NCBI GenBank assembly: GCA_044892525.1
Contig: CM097885.1
Location: 9,302,001-9,366,000 of the forward strand
From: Schmidtea polychroa
Lineage: Eukaryota
Reading direction: 5' to 3'
Length of the DNA stretch: 64,000 nt
Part shown: piece after piece, positions 36,000 to 64,000 of the stretch
How positions within the stretch are numbered: position 1 is the first letter of the stretch
Layout of the letters: every line of letters starts with the position of its first letter
Notes under the pieces: generated by a model
The model's input: the letters and a program-made list of their open reading frames with translations, nothing else
Database searches by the model: none
What the model was told of the DNA's origin: nothing
Position numbers and translations under genes: made by a program

Positions 36000-38220
36000 C
36001 TTGTTACAACTCCAACATTAATAGTTAACCGATCTGTTTTATCAAATTAAACTTTATTTAGAACATCAATTGGCTGTTCTTATGGATTTTCTTATGAAAT
36101 AGAATCAGGAAGTTCATCTTTAGTGCTGGCAGATCCAGGAATATGATCTGAATCAATAAATAAAGAACTTTTAGAAATTTTAGCGAAGAAAAGACCAGTG
36201 CAATTTTGTGCTAATATTCATTTCCTATCAGATGAGACAAATAGAAGATTTTCTTCAACATATTTTTTTAGAATTTTAGAAAATGTTAAAACAGTTTCTA
36301 GAAACTAAATAGTTTACTCTACTAAATTGAATATTTTGAATATGGTATTTTGTTTTTGCTACAAATTATTCAGCAAAAATATTATTAAAAGCTGACCAGT
36401 GCTGGATATTCTAATTGGCAACATGAAACAACGTATTTTGTTCAACATGAAAACAGTGCACAACATATCGAATGTTCAAAAAAGTGGTGTGAATTAAAAT
36501 TGCGGATGCAAAAGAACTGTACGATAGATAAAAGGCTTCAAAAATATAATGAAAAGGAAACAAAAGGATGGCGTGGTATTATTGAAAGAATGATAGCTAT
36601 TGTTTAATTTATATCTAGTCAGTGTTTAGTATTTCCCGACATATCGACAGAGTTATACCATCCAAACAATCGAAATTTCATAAAGCGGGAAAAGGTTAGC
36701 TAAATTTGATCCGATAATAACAAAGCATGTAATAAACGTACAAACATCAAAACAAAAAAAGTCACATATGTCACATCCATTTTTGAAACCAAATCATTGA
36801 TTTATTAGCAGGAGCTGTGACATTGAAATTAATAACCATTATAAAAAATTCAAAATATTTTTCTATTATACTTGATTGCACGCCAGATTTTAGCCAAGTG
36901 GAAAAAATCACGTTTGTTGTTCAATGTGTGAATTTGACGCGAAAATGAAGCAACAGTCGAGGAATATTTTCTCGGTTTTTCTCCAATAGTTGATACGACC
37001 GCTGAAGGTTTAGCAAACTTCCCTACTAACGAATTGTTGCCTAAATATAGCTTGGATGTACAAAATGTTCGTGGTCAAGGCTATGATAAGGGATCCAACA
37101 TGAGAAGTAAGCATATAGGACTTCAAAAAAGAATTTTGAATAATAACCCAAGAGCAACTTTTGTACCATATGCAGCAGATAACCTAAATTTAGTCCTTAA
37201 TGATGCTGTTAACATTAATAATGAATCTGTTGGATTTTTCGATATTGTTCAGGAATTATTTCATTATTTTTCTGTCCCTCTATTAAGAGGGATAAGTTAA
37301 AAATCAAAATTAACAATTTAACTTTATAACCTTTAAGTGGTACTAAATGGGCCAAGTCGTATTAACGCTATAAGACACTTGCAGCAAAATAGTAAATAAA
37401 TTTCTGAAAGTTTAATTAATTTAAAAGATGATCAAAGTAAATATATAAGCACAAGAAATACGGCAAATTCGTTAATTATCTGGCAAGACATACTCTCAAA
37501 AATTGACGTAGTTAGCAAAATGCAACGAAATTACCACATAGACATTACCACTTTCACTGCCAAGGCTAATTCAGAAAATTTTCCTACAGGGCCAAAATAT
37601 TTTTATGCAGAAATATGTTGCCTATGTTAATATAAAATTTTGGTACCAATTTAACTCATTTCCCATTTTATGTTTGGTATATTTATATTTATGCATTTTT
37701 ATATTTTTTAATATTTGTTATCCAGGCATATTACATATATGTTATACATATTTTATAATACAAACTTACTTTTTAAATATTTCAGATTATTTTCAAGTAA
37801 TATAATAAATATTATTGCAATTTATTATCATGACTAAAAAAAACGATTATCAAGCTGGAAGTTTATTTTCATCACGAACACGCCACAGAGTTTTTTTAAC
37901 TTATCCGCATGCGCCACGATATATAAGTGCATAGAAATATCCATAGAGCGTTAATACTGTTGTTAAACGGACTTCATATGAAAATTTGAACGTAGAACAC
38001 ATATATTATACTTGCGCCTACGGGATCATACCCGTAAAACATATATGTTATATGTGGCAGTGAATGTGTTAATGAATGTAGTAAGGCGTTGGGTAATTTA
38101 AAAAGATTTTTAAATGAGAAAAGAGACGATGCCAGTTTTAATGAATATATAAGTGAATCTACAAACCTTGCACAAGTTATTGATGTAGAAAATGAATTCC
38201 TACAAACCCGCATAAGGATG
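36000..38220 (+). pseudogene. ZMYM1/Tip100-like hAT transposase remnant, interrupted by a MITE
   Basis: RRFSSTYF, SKYFSIILDCTPDFSQVE, VRGQGYDKGSNM..GLQKRIL..NPRATFVP..NLNLVLND. The frame DINECSKALGNLKRFL is restored when 37549-38068 is removed. Confidence 0.85.
37549..38068. mobile_element. piggyBac-like MITE (TTAA target)
   Basis: TIRs CAC(T/A)TTCACTGCCA; right flank TTAA, left flank TTAC. Excision restores the host transposase reading frame. Confidence 0.7.
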
Positions 38221-39320
38221 ACATTCGATCAATTTTTTATGTGGTCTCCGACCTCCAAAAATGTTATATCATTCATATTGTTTCTAGTATTACACTAGAT
38301 AGAATCTACCCGATCCATACTGAAACCATGATTTTCTTGTGCAAGCAAGAACGCTCAGAACGCGGATTCCTAGAAGAAAATCGATTACTACGAGCCAAGA
38401 CCGACAGACTTGAGGGGACATGGTTTTTCCAGGGCCAGATGAAAAAAACCAATCAGGTATTTTGACTTGAACATTGTCGGACTACCTTACCAAGGAAAGC
38501 CGCTCTCAAAGTATCTTGATACAGGAGCAATTGCAGGCTCTGTATCAAATCTACACCAATCATGAATTCAAAGCGTGGATCCAGAACGTTTCATCTGCTG
38601 TCAAGACAAACCTCATGCGTTCCCACAATATGGTAGAACGCACACTGGCTGTCAAAGAAAACAACCAGCTCAAAATCCCAGTTTAGAAACCAATCAGTAA
38701 TTTGTGATCTTTTAATCCGGTGTTATACAAGAGTGCTATTCCTCACCGAGTGTTGTAATAAGCATTGTATAGTCACCAAGCAGAGTGTTGAATTTATTGT
38801 CAGTGTCAATTGAAAGTTTATTTGTGATTATCAATAAAGATTTCTGTTGTCAAGTGTTATTTGTGAATCGCTTGGAGTCAGAGTAACATTAAAAATTATC
38901 ACCAACTCAATAACCCAACACAATAGAGAAGTTTGGCGAATAAGGCAATCAGCGATCGGACGAAATCCAGTAATTGAAAGTAAAGTTCAATTCTCGTACC
39001 AGAAAGATGATTGCCGCTTGGGTTGTCTACCTTATCAAGCAAAATTTATTTAAATGGAAAGGCGTATATCTAGTGACGAATTGTAATTTTGATTGAAGTT
39101 TAATAAAGTTATTCTGTTTCGATTCAATTGTTTAAATAAGAACACGGGGAGTCAGAAAAAACCGACTTGAAAAATAATAACCCAACAATGAAAATGATTG
39201 AAAGGCCATCTTATAGTCGAATTTTATTAATGCTGCTAACAATCATCACTTTATAGTATCATCCTTAAAATTGTTATTTCTCATTACATCATTATTAAAG
39301 AAATTTGAAATATAATATTA

Positions 39321-39542
39321 CCGTATTTATTTTCTTATAACACACACTGACATGAAGGTATTGATGAGCCCCTGGGTCAGGGCATTCAAGATTCCGATTT
39401 AGTTGGAAATAGCAGCCTTTATCTGCCTGATCAATATTTTGAATAAACATTCTAGCTTTCCGTAATTTGAATGTACGGTTTTAATTTTCATATATCAAAC
39501 AGAAAATTATTAAAGGTGTGTGTTATAAGAAAATAAATACGG
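39321..39542. mobile_element. pogo/Tc1-mariner-type MITE
   Basis: Perfect ~27-bp TIR CCGTATTTATTTTCTTATAACACACAC flanked by TA on both sides. Confidence 0.9.
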
Positions 39543-39867
39543 TATTATAAAATTTTAATATTTTTTTTGAAAGAAATAAAAACATTATCCATGATCAAAA
39601 AGTCGATGGAACGACTTAATGAGATTTAAACTATACACATTAAGCATCGCGACATATAAACATGTTACGTAATCATTATTGCCAAACGCTTGATCCATTC
39701 AAATATGTGACTTAGTGAATGATCCCTGTAAAGTTTACAAAATCATTAATAATTTCGAAATGTGAATTTATAGGGCCCCCAAACAGTTTCCATAAAGAAC
39801 TATTTAAACAATTTACCTTAAATATTCCAACTGAATCAATTAATATTAACAAATCGATATATTATGA

Positions 39868-40603
39868 AAATATTTCAAAGTCCATTCAAACATGGAATTA
39901 TTTTTGAAGATTATCGATTAATTTCATTTTTCCTTGGATACATAGGGAATGAAAAAACTTGTCATACTTTTGATGGTACGGTTTTATATATAACAAATGC
40001 GGGTGTCTCTTTTTACTGTTGGTAACTAAGGTAAATTCTCACTCCTTCACATAGATACGAAAATTCAATTTCCAAAAAGCTATAATAGGGTTTTAAAATA
40101 GCGCAAAAAAACTAAAAAATGTCATTTTTCCTAGAAATTTTTTTAATTTACTTTTTGATACACTACAACAAAAATGCAATTTATTCATTATAAAATCTTC
40201 GTTATTTTATTATAAAATATTTCAAAGTCCATTCAAACATAGAATTATTTTTGAAGATTATCGATTAATTTCATTTTTCCTTGGATACATAGGGAATGAA
40301 CAAACTTGTCATATTTTTGATGGTACGGTTTTATATAACAAATGCGGGTGTCTCTTTTTACTGTTGGTAACTAAGGTAAATTCTCACTACTTTACATAGT
40401 TACGAAAATTCAATTTCCAAAAAGCTATTATTTTTTAAAATAGCGTAAAAAAACCAAAAAATGTCATTTTTCCTAGAAATTTTTAAATTTACTTTTTGAT
40501 ACACGATAAAAAAAATTATTGTTATAAAAATATTAATTATAATTTTCTAAAGAAAAAATGCAATTTATTCATTATAAAATCCTCGTTATTTTATTATAAA
40601 ATA
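39868..40603. repeat. ~350-bp tandem duplication overlapping the PPase 3' end
   Basis: AAATATTTCAAAGTCCATTCAAACAT... at ~39869 and ~40216. A more diverged partial copy lies at ~41086-41260. Confidence 0.85.
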
Positions 40604-42404
40604 CCATTTGTTATCTGAAACAGGGAAACTAGTTATTAGTGATAAAATTTTATCAGCAAATCAACCTCTTCCCACTGTGAGAGATTCTTCGAAAATATTT
40701 TCTTTGGCCAGTATTTCCATGCATCCTTCGGGGGAGATTCTAAACGGGCTGTCACTAATGGTAACATTGGAACTGAAAAGGGAAGTAAAAATGGGCCCAC
40801 AAAGACACCAACCAACCAATCAATATCGGATTTAATTTCTCCCTTAATTAAAGATCTCCAAGACTCGTGAGTTTCGTCGATAATATTTAGTGAGAATTCC
40901 TACGAATTTAGTTTCATTTATATCAATAGGATTTTGGCTATTTACTCGGTTTTGATATTCACCATTGAACGCGAATTGAGTTTGAGCCTTACCTTCAGGA
41001 ACCTTGTAATATTGGAACCAGTGCCGAGTAGCCTAACCAATCAATGTGTTACTAATGGAACTTTGCACAAGTTTTGCCATCATATCATAGAATAATTTTT
41101 TTTGGAGATTATCGATTAATTTTTTTCACTTAGATACTTAGAAAATCAATAAAATTTTTCAAAAAATTTAGATTACGTCGCCTTATAAAAAATGAAGTTG
41201 AGCATCTTTTCTATGTGGGTAACCAATGTAAATTCACGCGTTTTTACATAGTTAAAAAAAATCATTTTATTTAAAACAAAAAAAAATTCAAAAATCCCGC
41301 CAAATATTATTTAAACAAATCCCACCAAAAATCGAATTATCGCCTGGCATTTAGAACGAAACAAACAGGTTCAATATCGGATATCCATGAAAAATGAAAT
41401 ATATATATATAACATATTGCGTAATCACATATAAACATACATGTCGATATCATATATGTTAACATTTGCTACCAATTTGTGATAAATAGTGATTAAAATC
41501 ATCACAAATAATAGAAAATTAAAATTTAGGATTGGAAATAATAGATTTTCACGGATTATTATTATATTATTGTGATTGGTCAGCGATTGACCAATCACTG
41601 AGCGTTAACAAATCTTTTAATTTTGTAATTTAAAATTTATTAAAATTTCGATTACCTCCAATAACCCCGGCATTTCACATTCAACGTCGGAAATGTCTAT
41701 TATTAATAGTAATTTAGTTCTATAAAAATTCATTTTTTAATATAACCATTAATTTTATCACTAAGTGGATCTCGAGTATTTATTACAATTAATTTCCAAT
41801 CCATTTCTCCTGTTCACAAAAATTTATATTGATAAATAACATTATTAAATGCACCTTGATCAATCATTCCTAAAACTCCCAATACCTTTACTTCTAAAAC
41901 GGTTCCTGTTTCAACTATATCGCTACCAATTTCACAAGCATCAATCGGATCATTGTCACCAACAATACCGGTTTTATTATTTTTAACAAATGGATTTTCC
42001 CAAGTCTGAGGTAAAGCCCCATAATTCCAAATATATCCATGAAATGGAAATAAATTCTTGATATTTCGAATTTCACCTTTTTTCAAATCAAACATTATCG
42101 GATTCAACTTCGCTGTTTTAGAAATTTCCATTTTTCCATTAGTGAATTTCGGAATTTCAACTATCATATTAAAAACTTTACGATCTTTATTCGAATACAA
42201 ATTAATATCATGAAAAGGTGAAATAATTTGACCATCTTTTTCTAATTGAAAATCAAATAAAATATCATCGATACGAAGCAAAATACAACCGATATACTGT
42301 TTAAACGAATTTGAAAAATTCGTGCCAAATCTCACTGATTTATAAGATAATCTTTTCACACAAAATTTGAGAAAATAATTTGCATAAATATTTTGAAAAG
42401 ACAT
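40586..42404 (-). CDS. PPA2: Family I inorganic pyrophosphatase with possible mitochondrial presequence (PPA1/PPA2-like)
   Basis: Exons 42404-42290, 42241-41855, 41809-41747, 41696-41656, 41032-40946, 40899-40817, 40772-40666, 40614-40586. Motifs [52 protein letters not shown]. The PPA1/PPA2 distinction is tentative. Confidence 0.9.
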
Positions 42405-42468
42405 CAATTTACGATAATTAGAAAAACAAAAGTTATAAATTATAGAAAATTTAAACCACAGAAATTAT

Positions 42469-60630
<18,162 letters not shown>

Positions 60631-61279
60631 TATTTAAAAATGAAAGGGAATTTCGGAACAAATATACGTTTCAAGCCACCATAATTAAATAGAATATATC
60701 TTTCCCATTATTTATTGGTATAGTTCTGAGAAAGATCTTTTGGGACGTAGATAATATAATAATAATAATTATTATTTTTATTTATTTTATTTCAGATTGA
60801 TTTTTTTATTTTAAATAAGGTTGAAATTTAAAATTATTTTTATCATTTACAGAAACAATAACTGCTAATGCCGAGTAATTCGCTGGTGCTAACGATGCGC
60901 GAATGAAGTGATTTGTTAAATTAACTATAAAAATGTCCCCAAGCAGAATTTTCACAAAATTCAAACTTATCAATAAAAAGAAACCCTTTGAAACATTTGC
61001 CTAGTTATCAAGATAATCGTTTGCGAAATAGTTACGTATTTTTATCATGCCACTTTATCTATGTCAATTTTAATTAAATAATTTAATTTAAAATTTAAAT
61101 TAAATTAAATTAATATTATATTATAAGAAAAAAAAAGATATACAAAATTGAAGATTAAAATAGTTACTAAGTATTATTATTGTAATTATTATTATTTTTA
61201 TTATTATCAACATTATTATTTTTTTCTAAATTTAAATTCTTATGATTATTATAATTTATATTAATAATTTTTAATATTA

Positions 61280-61295
61280 TCATTATTATTATTAC

Positions 61296-61386
<91 letters not shown>

Positions 61387-61390
61387 TTAT
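61280..61390. repeat. (ATT)n microsatellite
   Basis: Largely pure ATT repeat. Confidence 0.95.
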
Positions 61391-61507
61391 TTTTAATTAT
61401 TACTATTTTATTATTAATATTATTATTTATTATTAATTGTGTTGAATAAATAGTTAAACAAACATGGCAACGATTTAATTATAAGAATGCGCCACTCAAA
61501 CATTCGT

Positions 61508-61550
61508 TTCACGATATATTTCGAGGTTTTCCTGTCATCATCAGGTAGGA
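61508..61550 (-). ncRNA. Penelope-type minimal type I hammerhead ribozyme motif
   Basis: Minus strand reads TCCTAC-CTGATGA-T-GACAGG-AAAA-CCTC-GAAA-TATA-TC-GTG: intact CUGAUGA/GAAA/UC core, stem II bulged. Confidence 0.65.
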
Positions 61551-61799
61551 TATAATAACTTATGAAATTAAGGATTTTTGAACAAATTTATTAATAGTAC
61601 AAATTATTAATTACATCAAATTTTTTTAATAAAAACATTAAAAAAAATTATAAAAAATTATAATTCAAATAACATATGATTTTTAAAATTTTAAAATATT
61701 GAAATTTAATTTAGTAATTTATTAATTATTTAATTTAACAAACAATAATCAATACATACAATATATAAAAAATTATTTGAAAACATTTAAAACACAAGT

Positions 61800-64000
61800 G
61801 TAGGAATAATGTAATATTAAACAATTAATGTTGTTTTAATATTATGAAAATCTGGTAAAAATAGAATTTGAAAAGGTTTTGTCTTACAAGCTATCCGGGC
61901 AATGGAAATCAACAAGATCATAATTGAAAATGTTGGAAAATTCGATGGCAAAAATACAGATGTGGAAGAATAGTTCGACAAACTCGAAATTATTTTGGAA
62001 GCCAAGAATGTGAAAAATGTCATGAATGTAATGCCATTTTTGCTTGAAGGGCAATCTTATGCAGTTTTCAAACAGTTAAAGAAAAGCAACGCGACAATGG
62101 ATTTTGGTATGCGAAGAAGGCATTATTGAAAACCTTCGGTATGAGCGAGCAAGAAGCTTTTACGAAACTTTTACAGAAAAATTTATTAATGGTTGATAAC
62201 TTGGATGTCCATGTAAATGAATTAAGGTCACTGTTGGAATGTTCAGGTGATCTACTAATCCGATTTTTTGTAAATAGCTTACCAAGTGATTTGTCAAATC
62301 AACTAATGATGTCAACAGCGTCAACAATGAATGAGTTAGTCGCTCAAGCAAAGAAAATCGCAAGTCATCAAATTTATTACAATGAAACAGTTGCAGTAGT
62401 AGTACCAAGACCAGATAGTGGAAGACAAGCCAATCGAAAATGCTATATATGCAAAAGTGCTAATCTAATAGTATTATGGGACATATTTTAAGGTTTTGCA
62501 AGTCGGGAAAAGATCAAGGGGCTACACACAATGTGGAGTCGGGTGTGGCCCCAAGAATTGTGAATATGTGAGACTCCTAAAAGTAAATGGTGATGTAAAA
62601 GCATGTTTAGTTGATTCGGGCAGCACTACTGCTATAGAAAAAGGAAATCCACGAAAATCTTTGACTGCGGTAGCGATGCTTGATGGTTCAATCATATTTA
62701 CTGAGCGAAGTAAAGTTGATATATAGGTTGGAGATAAGTTATTTAATATTGATTGTTTAACATACCCGAAACTAGTATCCAATTATGATGTAATTTTAGG
62801 AGTGAATGCTATTAATAGGTTTGGTGGAGTTCGATTGAATACAGAAGCCGTATTCGGTTGTGAAGAAGCACCTTGTCACGTAGTGTGCTATAGTAGTAGT
62901 ATGTCAGAAATATTGAAGGAAAATTTCTCTGTGAGACTTGAAAACGAGAAATGGATTGTCAAATGGGATTGGAAGTCAGAGCCGCCGAAATTTGTACCTA
63001 ATAGAAATTCAAACTTTTATGATAATTGTAGTAAGGATCAGGAGACGATGTGTATCTTGAATTCTTGGATATCTAACAGCTATCTAGTTGATTACGACGA
63101 GAAAACAATGGGCAAACCGATCGGATCAGTACCTATTTATGGTATAATTCAGTTAAATAAAGCGAAAGTGCGTCCAGTATTTGACTATATAGTGGGAATG
63201 CAGATATCTGTTCTGAAAAATTACGATCATGGAGATGTTTAATTAAAGAATTTGCAATGTTAGATTTATAAAAGCATGTGGCGATATCAATCTTGTATGG
63301 TTAATGGGAAGAGATATGCGCTTACGAGAATGGGATTTGGATTGAATATCGCGCCAACGATAATGACAGAGATTGTGAATAAAGTATTGAACAACAATGA
63401 ATCAATCAAGAAATACACAAGTTCATACATAGACGATATATTCGTAGATGAATCTGAAGTTAAAGCAAATAAATTAAGTGCAGAAATGCGTAAATTTGGT
63501 TTGATATGTAAAGAAGAAGAAAAGGTCAAGGATACTCTCAGTGTAAGAGTATTAGGTATTGATGTATTTCGAAAGAATAATGAACTACATTGGAAAAGAT
63601 CGAACGATATTCGGATAAATGAATTAAATGAAGGGCTTTCAAGAAGAGAGCTGTATTCGTCATGTGGCCAGTTAGTTGGAATTCATCCTGCTCATATATC
63701 AATAGGCTATTCAGTGGAATTTGGGATGATTCAATAGAAAATCATATCGTTGACAAAGTAAAATGGTTATTAGAAAAAGTGAATGAAAGAGATCCATCGT
63801 CAGGTATTTGGAGTGTTCCCAGCAATCAGACAGGCATAATTTGGTGCGATGCAAGTTCGATCGGCATTGGAATTGTATTAGAAATGGAAGGTTCAGTGGT
63901 TGAAGATGCGTGTTGGTTGCGAAAACCTGGTGATTCAAGAAACATTAATTTGGTGGAATTAGAAGCGATTGTGAAGGGTATTAATTTATGTATTAAATGG
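61800..64000 (+). mobile_element. Decayed LTR retrotransposon (gag-protease-RT-RNase H), running off the window
   Basis: Candidate short LTR TG..CA 61800-61888. Gag KFDG...VEE.FDKLE, protease LVDSGS, RT YALTRMGFGLNIAP and YIDDI, RNase H WCDAS..INLVELEA, with several frameshifts. Confidence 0.85.

Noticed and set aside
38230..38890. Short ORFs with an integrase-like MVERTL and an LTR-like tail
   Set aside because: Too degenerate to assign with confidence.
41572..41598. 11-bp-stem hairpin GTGATTGGTCA/TGACCAATCAC in a PPase intron
   Set aside because: An isolated palindrome, probably a MITE end; nothing supports a terminator or ncRNA.

Overview
This is a very AT-rich eukaryotic (animal-like) genomic window using the standard genetic code. 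Host genes mix 41-51 nt micro-introns with kilobase introns filled by transposons. Three spliced host genes can be rebuilt by hand: an HROB/C17orf53-like OB-fold gene (+, ~10.2-22.3 kb, 5' end unresolved), a ZnT1/SLC30A-type zinc exporter (-, 60630-42469) and a family I inorganic pyrophosphatase starting 64 bp after it (-, 42404-40586). The most striking region is a ~7.2 kb endogenous adintovirus/Polinton (Maverick)-like virus remnant at ~25.8-32.9 kb. It carries an integrase, an intact penton, a pX-like core protein, hexon, adenain protease, a small ORF, protein-primed PolB and one putative terminus. Two intronless, patchily diverged Ser/Thr kinase paralogues flank it in direct orientation. 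Also present: a very young Ty3/Gypsy LTR element (near-identical LTRs, 5-bp TSD, -1 slippery site, one nonsense codon), a second decayed LTR element, many hAT, pogo, mariner, Merlin and piggyBac-like remnants and MITEs, two Penelope-type minimal hammerhead ribozyme motifs, and microsatellites. All assignments come from motif recognition by eye; no searches were run.
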